A DNA stretch of 64,000 bases from an uncultured Odoribacter sp. Lineage in GTDB: Bacteria > Bacteroidota > Bacteroidia > Bacteroidales > Prolixibacteraceae. Both the position numbers and the translations under genes were made by a program. The notes below the pieces were generated by a model. It saw only the letters and a list, made by a program, of their open reading frames with translations. It was not told the DNA's origin and ran no database searches. The first letter of the stretch is position 1, and each line of letters begins with the position of its first letter. Positions 46,693 through 57,900 of this stretch are shown here, one piece after another. The stretch is from NCBI GenBank assembly GCA_964488805.1, contig CAZAVU010000009.1, positions 7,437-71,436 on the forward strand. Direction: 5' to 3'.

Positions 46693-47808
46693 TTATTCCA
46701 TTAAATACAGGTAATCGTAATGAACTATTGCTTTTTTGTTTTTATTTCCTTTCAGCTTTTCAGCTTTTTCAGAGCTGTACTCTGCCTTGCCAATTCCAAT
46801 CAGCCCCCCTTGCTCATCGATAATCTTAACCAGATCGCCTTTTTCGAAGGTTCCCTGGATTGATATCACACCAACAGGTAACAGGCTGGAGGCCTGCTCT
46901 GACAAAAGAGCTTTCCTGGCGCCTTCGTTTATCACCAATTCTCCTTTGGCAAAGCTTTCCGAGTAAGAAATCCATTTTTTGAAATTGGACGACTTCTTTG
47001 GGGCTGATACAAACATGGTATGAACAAAATCTTCATCCGGATTCATGATCCGAAGAAGGGTATTCTCCTTTGTTCCGTTGGCTATGTGAACATTAATGCC
47101 ACCTTTGGCCACTTTTTTGGCCATGTGATATTTGGTCAGCATACCTCCGCGTCCAAAACTTGATTTGGTGGTCGAAATGGCGTCATTCAACGACTTGCTT
47201 TTAGATGTTATTTCGCGTATCACTTTAGATTCGGGCAAGTCGGGCGAACCATCGTAAACACCATCGATGTTGCTCAGAATAATCAAGGCTTCGGAGTCTT
47301 CCATTGATGCAATCAAACCCGAGAGTTCATCATTGTCGGTAAACATCAGTTCAGTAACCGAAATGGTATCATTCTCATTAACAATCGGGATGACCTTATT
47401 TTCAATCAGCGTCGAGAGGCAATTCTTCATGTTCAGGTAATGCACCCGGTCGCTAAAGTTTTCCTTGGTCGTAAGAACCTGGGCACACGATATCCCATAT
47501 TTTCGGAAGGCTTCCGCATACTTGTTAATCAGTTTAACCTGACCAACAGCCGACCACAACTGTCTGGCCGAAACAGTATCCAGCTTTTTTCCGTTCCCGA
47601 TTTCACCTCTTCCGGCCGCCACAGCCCCTGACGAAACAAGGATCACTTCAATACCCTGTTTATGCAAGTTGGCTATTTGATCCACCAGGTGCAAAATTGT
47701 TGCATCGTTCAATGTCCCGTCAGACTTGGTTAGAACGTTGCTGCCAACTTTGACAGTGATTTTTTTGTATCTCAGATTTGTTTCCAAAGCCACTAATTTG
47801 TCCTGCAT
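46693..47808 (-). CDS. proB: Glutamate 5-kinase with PUA domain
   Basis: KVGSNVL, VSSGAVAAG, PIVNEND, DNDELS, GRGGM.TK; ATG overlaps the proC stop (TGATG). Confidence 0.96.
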   Translation of the reverse strand: MQDKLVALETNLRYKKITVKVGSNVLTKSDGTLNDATILHLVDQIANLHKQGIEVILVSSGAVAAGRGEIGNGKKLDTVSARQLWSAVGQVKLINKYAEAFRKYGISCAQVLTTKENFSDRVHYLNMKNCLSTLIENKVIPIVNENDTISVTELMFTDNDELSGLIASMEDSEALIILSNIDGVYDGSPDLPESKVIREITSKSKSLNDAISTTKSSFGRGGMLTKYHMAKKVAKGGINVHIANGTKENTLLRIMNPDEDFVHTMFVSAPKKSSNFKKWISYSESFAKGELVINEGARKALLSEQASSLLPVGVISIQGTFEKGDLVKIIDEQGGLIGIGKAEYSSEKAEKLKGNKNKKAIVHYDYLYLME

Positions 47809-48599
47809 CAACATTTATTGAACGAGGCAATCAATCCCTGGATCAGCGAAGAGCTGAATCCCTGATGCTCCATTTCATTTAATCCAGTAATGGTTATACC
47901 ACGGGGCGTAGTAACTTTGTCAATTTCCTGTTCCGGATGATGACCCGAATTAAGAATTAACTCTGCGGCACCTTTTACAGTTTGAGCCGTGATAAATTGA
48001 GCCATTTCAGCACTGAATCCCATTTCGATGCCTCCTTGCATGGCTGCACGGATATAACGAAGAGCAAAAGCTATTCCACACGAACCAAGCACAGTGGCTG
48101 CGGCCATCAAATCTTCGGAAATAATAGTTGCTTTGCCCAACTGATCAAATATATGAACCACCAGATTGCAGGTTTCCTCCGATTTCACATTTGTAGAAAT
48201 CAAAGTCATCGACTCCTGAATAGCAATGGCCGTGTTAGGCATTATTCTGAAAGTTTGTATGCCTGAGCCGCTTACAGCGTCTTCAAGTTTCTGTAGTCCT
48301 AATCCAGCAACTGCGGAAATAAGAATTTGTTTTGAATTAAGAACCGGCTTAATTTCGGCAATTATTCCATCTGCCTGATAGGGTTTAATTGCCAAAATAA
48401 TAATATCAGCCCCTTTGACAGCTTCAACATTATTGTCAGTGGTTATTGCTCCCTGATCCTGAAATTTTTTAAGAACGCTTTTATAACGGTCGGAAACAGT
48501 TAACAAAGATGGCTCTATTTGTTCCGATTTTATTAACCCGAAAGCTACTGAACCACCAAGATTGCCCCCGCCAATAATAGTTATTTTTTGATCAATCAT
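47808..48599 (-). CDS. proC: Pyrroline-5-carboxylate reductase
   Basis: IIGGGNLG, RIMPNT, VTTP.G.TI.GL. Confidence 0.95.
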   Translation of the reverse strand: MIDQKITIIGGGNLGGSVAFGLIKSEQIEPSLLTVSDRYKSVLKKFQDQGAITTDNNVEAVKGADIIILAIKPYQADGIIAEIKPVLNSKQILISAVAGLGLQKLEDAVSGSGIQTFRIMPNTAIAIQESMTLISTNVKSEETCNLVVHIFDQLGKATIISEDLMAAATVLGSCGIAFALRYIRAAMQGGIEMGFSAEMAQFITAQTVKGAAELILNSGHHPEQEIDKVTTPRGITITGLNEMEHQGFSSSLIQGLIASFNKC

Positions 48600-48613
48600 C
48601 CTGTAAGAATTTA

Positions 48614-49738
48614 TTATCCAATCGTTTTAATCAATGCATCAACAAATAAATCAGCTTGTTCTTTAGTCAAAGTTAGCGGAGAAAGCAACCTGATGGTATT
48701 TGCTCCGGAAACGCCTGTAAAAATATGATGTTTTTTTAATAAAGTATGACGAATGTCAGTAATTTGTTGCTCAAATTCCAACCCAATCATCAATCCAAGT
48801 CCCCGAACTTCTTTTATTCCAGAAAATTCCTTTAGTTTTTCAATCAGGTAACTGCCTACTTTTTCTGCATTTTCAATCAGCTTTTCGCTTTCCATGATCT
48901 CCAAAACAGCTAAACTTGCGGCACAGGCCAGGTAGTTTCCACCGAAAGTGGTTCCCAGCATACCGTACCAGGGTTTAATTTCCGGAGAAATAAGCAGTCC
49001 CCCAACCGGGAATCCATTGCCCATTCCTTTGGCCACGGTAATAACATCGGGTTTGACTTCGGTATATTGATGCGCAAAGAATTTTCCGCTACGACCGTAT
49101 CCGGATTGAATTTCGTCCAGAATAAGCAACGTGCCGTATTGTTTGCACAGTTCTCCAGCCTGAACCAAAAATCCTTCGGAAGGGACACGAATACCGCCAA
49201 TTCCCTGGATTCCTTCAATGATCACTCCGGCAATTTCTCTGGTTTTTAACTGCTCCTCCAGCAGTTCAATATCATCAAACGGAATAATGACGGCATTTTC
49301 AGTAGCATTTACAGGAGCGACAATCTTGGGATTATCGGTTACGGCAACGGCAGCCGAGGTGCGTCCGTGGAAACCTTTTTTGAAGCTCACGATCTTCTTT
49401 CTGCCGGTAACAAACGAAGCCAGTTTGATGGCATTTTCGTTGGCTTCAGCTCCTGAGTTCACCAAAAACAATTGGTAATCAGGATATCCGCAGGCATTCC
49501 CTAATTTTTCAGCCAGTTCTTTTTGCTGCGGAATTTGAACTGAATTGGAATAGAAGCCGATCTGGCTCAACTGATCGGTCAGCCTTTTGATGTAATGCGG
49601 GTGAGAATGACCAACCGAGATCACAGCATGGCCACCATATAAATCGAGATATTTGACGCCGTTTTCGTCATAAACGTAACAGCCTTCGCCCTTTACAGGT
49701 GTGATATCAAATAATGGGTATACGTCGAATAAATTCAT
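48614..49738 (-). CDS. argD: Acetyl(acyl)ornithine aminotransferase
   Basis: NSGAEANE, FHGRT, DEIQSG.GRSG, AKGMGNG, TTFGGN. Confidence 0.93.
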   Translation of the reverse strand: MNLFDVYPLFDITPVKGEGCYVYDENGVKYLDLYGGHAVISVGHSHPHYIKRLTDQLSQIGFYSNSVQIPQQKELAEKLGNACGYPDYQLFLVNSGAEANENAIKLASFVTGRKKIVSFKKGFHGRTSAAVAVTDNPKIVAPVNATENAVIIPFDDIELLEEQLKTREIAGVIIEGIQGIGGIRVPSEGFLVQAGELCKQYGTLLILDEIQSGYGRSGKFFAHQYTEVKPDVITVAKGMGNGFPVGGLLISPEIKPWYGMLGTTFGGNYLACAASLAVLEIMESEKLIENAEKVGSYLIEKLKEFSGIKEVRGLGLMIGLEFEQQITDIRHTLLKKHHIFTGVSGANTIRLLSPLTLTKEQADLFVDALIKTIG

Positions 49739-49747
49739 AATAAAAAA

Positions 49748-49810
49748 GTTACGAGTTATGGGTTGCGGGTTGCGAGTTTAGGTTTTAACACGAAACCCGT
49801 AACTCACAAC
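49748..49810. repeat. Inverted arrays of heptamer repeats (GTTRCGR / AACNCGW)
   Basis: gttacga gttatgg gttgcgg gttgcga gtt ... aacacga aacccgt aactcac aac. Confidence 0.75.
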
Positions 49811-49817
49811 AATTATT

Positions 49818-50786
49818 TTAAAAAGCCACGCCTTTCAAATTCAGGCCGATGGTTTCTTCCAGACCAAAAATCAGGTTCATATTCTGAACGGCCTGTCCGG
49901 AGGCTCCTTTCAGCAAATTGTCGATTACCGAAAGAATCATCAGTTTATTGCCATGTTTTTCGAGATAAACAATGGCCTTATTGGTATTTACAACCTGTTT
50001 CAGATCAGGATTGGTTTTGCTCACAAAAACAAATGGATGTGATTCATAATAATCCTGATACAGCTTGACAGCTTCTTCTAAAGACCCATCAAATTTGGTA
50101 TATACTGAGGCAAAAATGCCTCGGGTATGATTTCCCCTGACCGGAATGAAATTGATATCGTAAATAAAATCGGGTTGAAGTTGTTTAAAACTTTGACCTA
50201 TCTCGCCCAGGTGCTGGTGCTCAAAAGCTTTGTATACCGACAGGTTATTGTTTCTCCAACTGAAATGGGAGGTCGCACTTGGCGCCTGACCTGCTCCGGT
50301 TGAGCCTGTAATGGCATTTACATGCAGTTCGTCGCTGATTAAGCCAGCAGCAGCTAACGGCAAAACAGCCAGTTGTATCCCAGTGGCAAAACAACCCGGA
50401 TTAGCAATTTTTGCTGATTTGCAAATGAGTTCCCTGTTCATTTCGGGCAGTCCATAAACGAAATAGTTGCCTTCGCGTTTTATCCGAAAGTCGTGGCTAA
50501 GATCGATGATTTTTACCTGTTCGGGCAACGTGTTTTTCTGAAGGAATTCTTTCGATTTTCCGTGTCCCATGCAGAAGAAAACCACATCAACTGAAGAAAA
50601 ATCGGGTTCTGAAATAAATGTGATATCCGTGTCACCCAGTAAATCGGTATGAACATCCGAAAGCAGGTTGCCAGCATTGCTGCTGCTTTGCACGAAAGCA
50701 ATCTCAGCCTGCGGATGGTTCAGCAATATGCGGATCAGTTCACCGGCTGTATAACCAGCGCCACCTATGATTCCAACTTTTATCAT
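49818..50786 (-). CDS. argC: N-acetyl(acyl)-gamma-glutamyl-phosphate reductase
   Basis: GGAGYTAGE, ANPGCF, TGSTGAG, DNLLKGASGQAVQNMN. Confidence 0.96.
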   Translation of the reverse strand: MIKVGIIGGAGYTAGELIRILLNHPQAEIAFVQSSSNAGNLLSDVHTDLLGDTDITFISEPDFSSVDVVFFCMGHGKSKEFLQKNTLPEQVKIIDLSHDFRIKREGNYFVYGLPEMNRELICKSAKIANPGCFATGIQLAVLPLAAAGLISDELHVNAITGSTGAGQAPSATSHFSWRNNNLSVYKAFEHQHLGEIGQSFKQLQPDFIYDINFIPVRGNHTRGIFASVYTKFDGSLEEAVKLYQDYYESHPFVFVSKTNPDLKQVVNTNKAIVYLEKHGNKLMILSVIDNLLKGASGQAVQNMNLIFGLEETIGLNLKGVAF

Positions 50787-50883
50787 TGTTGAAGATTAAT
50801 CAAATTAATACTGATACTGGCTGCCAGCATCTGACGACAAGCCAAAAGCCGGTCACCAAAGACTAACAGCCAGCAGCTTATTT

Positions 50884-52077
50884 TTAGAAAGTATGGTTAA
50901 CTGAGTTATGGATTTTCAGCGAGGTAGAAAGCACTTTGGTGAAGCCCTTTACATCGTCGGCAGTCCATGCTGAGTTTTTCTCGCCGTATTCACCAAATTC
51001 AGATTTCATCAGGTCGTGAGCTGATTCAACGCCAACCAGTACAAAATTGTACGGTTTCAACTTCACAATCACTTTACCGGTAACCGTTTCCTGCGAATGT
51101 TCCAGAAATTTCTCAATGTCGCGCATCACTGGTTCAAAGTACATGGCTTCGTGCAGGAACATTCCGTACCAGTTACCAAGCTGTTCCTTCCAGTATTGCT
51201 GCCATTTGGTGAGTGTATGTTTTTCGAGCATCTGGTGAGCTTTGATGGCAATAATCGGAGCAGCTGCTTCGAATCCAACGCGACCCTTAATACCAATGAT
51301 GGTATCGCCAATGTGCATGTCACGGCCCACTGCATACGGTGCAGCCAGAGCATCGAGTGCACGGATAGCGTTAACCGGATTTTCGTAGCTTTCGCCATTT
51401 ACCCCTTTCAATTCACCTTTGACAAAATCGAGCGTGATTTCTTTTTCTTCGGTTTCGGTCAATTGCGATGGATAAGCTTCTTCAGGAAGCGTTTTGTTCG
51501 ATTTTAAAGTCTCTTTCCCACCGATACTGGTTCCCCAAAGACCTTTGTTGATGGAATAGTCCATCTTTTTCCAATCAGCTTCAACGCCGTGGGCTTTCAG
51601 GTAATCGATTTCTTCCTGACGGCTCAGTTCAAGATCGCGGGTAGGAGTGAGGATGCCGATTTCGGGAGCCAGGATCTGGAAGGTGAGGTCGAATCGAACC
51701 TGATCGTTTCCAGCTCCGGTACTTCCGTGAGCTACATATTTAGCACCAATTTTCTTGGCATATTCGATGATGGCAATCGCCTGGAAAACACGTTCCGAAC
51801 TTACCGAGATTGGGTAGGTATTGTTCCGGAGGATATTTCCGAAGACCATGTAGCGAATACTTTTCTCATAATAAGTGTCCGTTACATCAAGAGTAACGTG
51901 TTTGATTGCGCCCAGATTGTAGGCTTTCTTCTCAATCGTATCCAGTTCAGCCTGGCTAAAACCGCCGGTATTGGCAATAGCCGTATATACATCCAGATTT
52001 TTTTCTACCGAAAGGTATTTTGCACAATACGAAGTATCCAAACCTCCGCTGAACGCTAAAACTACTTTATCTTTCAT
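50884..52077 (-). CDS. argG: Argininosuccinate synthase
   Basis: LAFSGGLDTS, HGSTGAGNDQVRF, IGIKGRVGFEA. Confidence 0.97.
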   Translation of the reverse strand: MKDKVVLAFSGGLDTSYCAKYLSVEKNLDVYTAIANTGGFSQAELDTIEKKAYNLGAIKHVTLDVTDTYYEKSIRYMVFGNILRNNTYPISVSSERVFQAIAIIEYAKKIGAKYVAHGSTGAGNDQVRFDLTFQILAPEIGILTPTRDLELSRQEEIDYLKAHGVEADWKKMDYSINKGLWGTSIGGKETLKSNKTLPEEAYPSQLTETEEKEITLDFVKGELKGVNGESYENPVNAIRALDALAAPYAVGRDMHIGDTIIGIKGRVGFEAAAPIIAIKAHQMLEKHTLTKWQQYWKEQLGNWYGMFLHEAMYFEPVMRDIEKFLEHSQETVTGKVIVKLKPYNFVLVGVESAHDLMKSEFGEYGEKNSAWTADDVKGFTKVLSTSLKIHNSVNHTF

Positions 52078-52278
52078 GATTTTTGGGTTTTATAAATTTA
52101 AAGCGATGACTTCCTGTTTCGATTAGTTTAATATTAATACTTACAACTGTTTTAGATTCAGAAATGCTGTCCAAACACCTCATGTGTTTTTGTTGCAATG
52201 AACCATTTCAGGCTTGCTGAAGGCCTTGAAAAAGAGAAAAAAATAATCCTGAAATAATCTTGCAGGAAAAGTCACCGC

Positions 52279-52974
52279 TTACTTTTTATTACTTTTCTTA
52301 AATAAGGTAAATCCTGATTCTTCTTTTGATTGTGATCCGTTTTTGTTGGGCTTCAATTTATTAATGATATCAAGCAAGGTACCTTTAATCGCCCAGCCAT
52401 TTTGTTTTTTATCTTCTTTCTTTTCCTGCTCCCAGGCCGGATCATATAACATTCCGGTACAAAGACATTTACTTTTTTTTGTGCGTAACAGAATGTCGTA
52501 ATTTACACAACTTTGACAGCCCTTCCAAAATTCTTCATCGTCGGTCAGTTCCGAAAACGTAACCGGCCGATAGCCCAGCTCGTGGTTGATCTTCATAACG
52601 GCCAATCCTGTGGTTAACCCAAAAATTTTGGCATCGGGGTATTTCTGTCGTGAAAGTGTAAATGCTTTTCGTTTGATTTCGGTTGCCAATCCAATCCCAC
52701 GGTAATCTTTAACGACAATCAATCCCGAATTGGCTACAAAGCTTTTCGCGCCCCAGGTTTCGATGTAGCAGAAACCTGCAAATATTTCGCCATTTTCGAG
52801 GGCAATGATGGCTTTCCCCTGAAGCATTTTATCAGCAATATATTCATAGGTACGCCGGGCAATCCCTGTTCCGCGCTCTTTGGAGGCAAAATCAATTGCA
52901 TCGTTCACCTGATCAACATACTTCAGATGCTCTTCAGTGGCATAGAGCACTTGAATATTCTTCAGATCTTTCAT
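52279..52974 (-). CDS. GNAT N-acyltransferase, putative ArgA-equivalent (N-acylglutamate synthase)
   Basis: RGTGIARR, FVANSGLIV, YRGIGLA, IFGLTTG.AVMKIN, FWKGC.SC; between argR and argG as in Bacteroidota arg operons. Confidence 0.75.
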   Translation of the reverse strand: MKDLKNIQVLYATEEHLKYVDQVNDAIDFASKERGTGIARRTYEYIADKMLQGKAIIALENGEIFAGFCYIETWGAKSFVANSGLIVVKDYRGIGLATEIKRKAFTLSRQKYPDAKIFGLTTGLAVMKINHELGYRPVTFSELTDDEEFWKGCQSCVNYDILLRTKKSKCLCTGMLYDPAWEQEKKEDKKQNGWAIKGTLLDIINKLKPNKNGSQSKEESGFTLFKKSNKK

Positions 52975-52981
52975 TATTTAT

Positions 52982-52995
52982 TGAATTTTTATTCA
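52982..52995. promoter_or_regulatory. Candidate single ARG box upstream of the GNAT gene
   Basis: TGAATTTTTATTCA, one mismatch from TGAATAWWTATTCA. Confidence 0.45.
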
Positions 52996-53068
52996 GGCAT
53001 CCGGAATGTTATTCCTATACCCTTTCTTTTTAGTTTGTACTTTTTTGTTCTTTACATCGTTGCTGAGT

Positions 53069-53551
53069 TTATCCCAGCTTATCTTCCAGTTTTGGAATTA
53101 TCAGTATCAGACAGTTTATCAGATCGCTCTGCGAAACACCCTCGCGCATGATCAGCAAAATGGTATCGTCGCCCGCAATGGTTCCCAATATTTCGTATGG
53201 TTCAGCATTGTCAATCACAACGGCCAGACTGTTGGCATAACCGGGCATCGTACGGATGACTGCCAAATTCCCTGAGAACTGAATATCCCTGAATCCATCG
53301 GCAAGAAAGCTGATGCGCGAGTTCTCGCGTTGATTCTCCACACCCATTCCCTCTGGAATTGCATAAACATAACCAAGTGCCTGATCGGACACTTTTGCAA
53401 CTTTCAAAATTCTCAAATCACGTGAAAGCGTTGCCTGTGTCAAATCAAACCCCTGTTCTTTCATGACGCGCAACAAATCTTCCTGGCTGCTGATCCGTCC
53501 ATTCATGATCGCCTTTTTGATGGCCAGTTGTCGTTGAGTGCGATTCTTCAT
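53069..53551 (-). CDS. argR: Arginine repressor
   Basis: SQEDL, TQATLSRDL, GTIAGDDT. Confidence 0.96.
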   Translation of the reverse strand: MKNRTQRQLAIKKAIMNGRISSQEDLLRVMKEQGFDLTQATLSRDLRILKVAKVSDQALGYVYAIPEGMGVENQRENSRISFLADGFRDIQFSGNLAVIRTMPGYANSLAVVIDNAEPYEILGTIAGDDTILLIMREGVSQSDLINCLILIIPKLEDKLG

Positions 53552-53590
53552 TTTGAATATTTATGCAAATGCAATGCAAAAATATGCAAT
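53552..53590. promoter_or_regulatory. Tandem ARG boxes overlapping the argR promoter
   Basis: TGAATATTTATGCA (53554-67) and TGCAAAAATATGCA (53575-88), 21-bp period; the minus-strand -7 element TATTTTTG (53577-84) lies inside box 2. Confidence 0.75.
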
Positions 53591-53794
53591 ATCTATACAA
53601 AACAAATTTTTTTCGGAATAATTTATATTTTTGTGGTCGTTAATTAAGATTAAACAGGAATTGAAACTTGAAAATGCCCAGGTTGAAATTACGAAGTTAC
53701 ATAAAGAAGAGAGTTTGTTTAAGAAATAACAATCATGCGTTTGCCCTACAACCGTAGCCAAACGCATTTTTTTTAATATTTTAGCATTGCAACG

Positions 53795-54886
53795 ATGACA
53801 CAACTAAGAAAAGTCAGATTGATTCTTGAAGACGGGACAACCTTTGAAGGAAAATCGTTCGGATATGAAAAATCAGTAGCCGGTGAAGTGGTTTTTTACA
53901 CTGCGATGACAGGTTATCCTGAAAGTTTAACAGATCCTTCATATACGGGCCAGATCCTCGTATCGACCTTTCCACTAATCGGAAATTACGGCGTACCCAG
54001 TGACTCAACCGCACAGGGCTTGTACAAGTTTTATGAATCGAACAAAATTCACATTACCGGGCTGATCATTTCAGATTACTCATTCGAATACAGCCACTGG
54101 AATGCCATCAAAAGTTTGGGCGACTGGCTGAAAGAATACAAAGTACCCGGTATTTTCGGTATTGATACCCGCGCCCTGACCAAGATAATCCGGGTGAAAG
54201 GTTCGCTCCTGGGGAAGATTGAATTTGACGATGAAGTCATAGACTTTTATGACCCGAATAAAGAAAACCTGGTTGCCATTGCCAGCACCGACAAGGTTGA
54301 AGTTTACGGGAACGGCGAACATCGCGTAGTTTTGGTTGATTGCGGGGTGAAATATAACATTATTCGTTGCCTGATTAACCGCAATGCTACCGTGATCCGC
54401 GTTCCATGGGATTACGATTTCAGTAACGAAGATTTCGACGGAATTTTCCTTTCAAACGGGCCTGGAGACCCTGCTTTGTGCGATGCTACCGTTGCAAACA
54501 TCCGCAAAACAATGGCTGCTGAAAAGCCGATCATGGGTATTTGCCTCGGAAATCAGTTGCTGGCTCGTGCTGCCGGAGCTGAAACCTATAAATTAAAATT
54601 TGGTCACCGCAGCCACAACCAGCCGGTTTTGCTGCAGGGAACCGACCGCTGTTTCATCACTTCGCAGAACCACGGTTATGCGGTGGATACCAAAACATTA
54701 CCTGCTGATTGGGAACCCTTGTTTACCAATGTAAATGACAATACCAACGAAGGAATCCGCCACAAAACAAAACCATTCTTCTCTACTCAGTTTCACCCCG
54801 AAGCTGCCAGCGGACCAGTTGATACCGAGTTTTTGTTCGACGATTTCATGAATAATGTGATCGAATACAAAAAGACGAAAAAGTAG
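53795..54886 (+). CDS. carA: Carbamoyl-phosphate synthase small subunit
   Basis: GYPESLTDPSY.GQ, LSNGPGDP, GICLG, TSQNHG, QFHPEA; TATTTTTG at 53626-33. Confidence 0.97.
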   Translation: MTQLRKVRLILEDGTTFEGKSFGYEKSVAGEVVFYTAMTGYPESLTDPSYTGQILVSTFPLIGNYGVPSDSTAQGLYKFYESNKIHITGLIISDYSFEYSHWNAIKSLGDWLKEYKVPGIFGIDTRALTKIIRVKGSLLGKIEFDDEVIDFYDPNKENLVAIASTDKVEVYGNGEHRVVLVDCGVKYNIIRCLINRNATVIRVPWDYDFSNEDFDGIFLSNGPGDPALCDATVANIRKTMAAEKPIMGICLGNQLLARAAGAETYKLKFGHRSHNQPVLLQGTDRCFITSQNHGYAVDTKTLPADWEPLFTNVNDNTNEGIRHKTKPFFSTQFHPEAASGPVDTEFLFDDFMNNVIEYKKTKK

Positions 54887-54916
54887 AAAAGTCACAGTTT
54901 GCTGAAGAAACACAAA

Positions 54917-54947
54917 AATACGTAATTCGTAACACGCAACTCGAAAC
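54917..54947. repeat. Heptamer tandem array between carA and carB
   Basis: aatacgt aattcgt aacacgc aactcga aac, the same unit family as 49787-49810. Confidence 0.7.
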
Positions 54948-54957
54948 AAAAGAAACC

Positions 54958-57900
54958 ATGATAAATACAGAAATAAAAAAAGTAATCGTACTGGGATCGG
55001 GAGCGCTGAAAATTGGTGAGGCCGGTGAATTCGACTACTCCGGATCGCAGGCGCTGAAAGCGTTGAAAGAAGAAAATGTTGAGACCATTCTGATCAACCC
55101 GAACATTGCCACCATTCAAACTTCGGAAGACATTGCCGACCGGATTTATTTCCTTCCGGTGACTCCATACTTTGTGGAGCAAGTCATCATCAAGGAAAAA
55201 CCTGATGGCATTTTGCTGGCTTTTGGAGGACAGACAGCACTGAACTGTGGGGTAGCTTTATTTAAAGCTGGCATCCTTGAAAAATACAATGTAAAAGTGG
55301 TAGGAACCCCGGTTCAGGCCATTATCGATACGGAAGACCGCGAAATCTTTGCCGGAAAGCTGGCCGAAATCGATGTAAAAACACCGCGAAGCATTGCCTG
55401 TGTAAATATGGAGGAAGCTTACGAAGCTGTTAAAACGGTTGGTTATCCAATTATTATCCGTGCAGCCTATACGCTGGGCGGCCTGGGCAGCGGTTTCTGC
55501 GCCAACGATGAAGAACTTGAAGCACTGGCTTCCAAAGCTTTCACCTATTCACCACAGATTTTGGTTGAAGAATCGATCAAAGGCTGGAAAGAAGTGGAAT
55601 ACGAAGTGGTTCGCGACCGCTTCAACAACTGTATCACGGTTTGTAACATGGAAAACTTCGATCCGCTGGGTATTCATACCGGCGAAAGTATCGTTGTTGC
55701 CCCATCGCAAACGCTTTCCAACTCTGAATACCACAAATTGCGTGCATTGGCCATCAAGATCATCCGTCACATCGGAATTGTGGGTGAATGTAACGTTCAA
55801 TATGCGCTCGATCCTTATTCAGAAGACTACCGCGTTATCGAAGTAAACGCACGTTTGTCGCGTTCTTCGGCACTGGCATCCAAAGCGACCGGTTATCCAC
55901 TGGCTTTTGTGGCAGCTAAACTCGGACTTGGATATGGATTACATCAGTTGAAAAACCAGGTAACCAAAGTGACTACCGCTGCTTTTGAGCCGGCACTCGA
56001 CTACATCGTTTGTAAAATTCCACGCTGGGATCTGAATAAATTCTCCGGAGTATCTAAAAACCTGGGGAGTTCAATGAAATCGGTTGGCGAAATCATGTCG
56101 ATCGGACGATCGTTTGAAGAAGCTATTCAGAAAGGCATCCGGATGGTGGGTATCGGAATGCACGGTTTTGTTGGCAACAAAGATGAAATTACCATCGAGC
56201 AAATCGACGAAGAGCTTATTCATCCTACCGATCGCAGGATATTCGCAATCGCCGAAGCCTTCAATAAAGGTTATTCGGTAGACGACATCTACGAAAAGAC
56301 TAAAATCGACCGTTGGTTCTTGCAGAAACTGCACAACATCTACGAAACCAAGAAAAAGCTGCAAAAGGTCGGTTCGTTGCAGTCGTTGGATGAATCGCTG
56401 TTACTTCAAGCCAAAAAAGAAGGATATTCCGATTTTCAGATTGCCCGTTTGGTAATGAAATCGGGTAATAAAGCCATTAACAACGACTTGCTTAAAGTGC
56501 GCGAATATCGCAAAAGCAAAAACATTGTTCCATACGTCAAACAGATTGATACGCTGGCAGGTGAATATCCGGCCCAGACTAATTACCTGTATCTCACTTA
56601 CAACGGGGCTGAGCATGATGTCGATTTCGCACGCGACGATAAGTCGGTGATTGTTTTGGGATCAGGAGCATACCGCATCGGTAGTTCTGTTGAGTTCGAC
56701 TGGTGTAGCGTAAATGCGATCACCACGATCCACAAGGAGAATTACCGTTCGATCATGATCAACTACAATCCTGAAACCGTGAGTACCGACTACGATACCT
56801 GCGACCGCCTGTATTTCGATGAGTTGAGCTTTGAACGGGTAATGGATATTGTTGACCTTGAAGTGCCGAAAGGAGTTGTACTCTCGATGGGGGGACAGAT
56901 TCCGAATAACCTGGCCATGAAATTGTACGGACAGAATGTGCCAATTCTGGGAACTTCGCCGCTGAACATTGACCGTGCCGAAGACCGCCAGAAATTCAGT
57001 ACCCTTTGCGATACCTTGAAGATTGATCAGCCTCGTTGGTCGGAATTGACCAGCATCGAGGACATTTATACTTTTGTTGATGAAGTTGGCTTCCCGGTTT
57101 TGATCCGGCCGTCGTACGTGCTTTCGGGTGCGGCTATGAACGTGGTATCAAACAAAGACCAGTTGGAGCATTTCCTGAATCTGGCAGCCAATGTTTCGAA
57201 AGAACATCCCGTTGTTGTTTCCGAATTTATTGAACAAGCCAAAGAAATTGAAATAGACGCCGTTGCCAAAAATGGGGAAGTGGTAGCTTATGCCATTTCG
57301 GAACACGTTGAATTTGCCGGAGTTCATTCGGGCGATGCAACTATCGTTTTTCCTCCGCAAAAATTGTACGTCGAGACCATTCGCCGCATCAAGAAGATTG
57401 CCCGTCAGATTGCCAAAGGACTTGAAATTACCGGGCCATTCAACATGCAGTTGCTGGCCAAAGACAACGACATCAAGGTGATTGAATGTAACCTCCGCGC
57501 ATCGCGCAGCTTCCCGTTTGTGTCGAAAGTGATGAAATACAACCTGATTGAAATAGCAACTCAGGTCATGCTGGATGTTCCTTTTCAGACTCCTGACAAA
57601 TCGCTGTTCGAGTTGGATTACGTTGGAGTTAAAGCGCCGCAATTCTCGTTTGCCCGTCTGCTGAATGCCGACCCGGTTCTGGGAGTGGATATGTCGTCAA
57701 CCGGAGAGGTTGCTTGTATTGGCGAGAATTTCTATGAAGCAATCCTGAAATCAATGCTTTCGGTAGGTTATTCTGTTCCGAAGAAAAACATCCTGATTTC
57801 GTCAGGACCGGCCCGCTCGAAAATCGAATTGCTGAGCAGCGCCAAAATGCTGGCAGACCGTGGTTTTCACTTGTATGCTACCGGCGGGACGCAAAAATTC

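Noticed and set aside
51097..52059. Plus-strand ORFs of 136 and 156 aa
   Set aside because: Antisense shadows of argG; the same applies to the many short ORFs inside carB, mutS2 and tex
44108..54947. Short repeat arrays as CRISPR remnants
   Set aside because: Units are 7 nt with no spacers, and no cas genes are present
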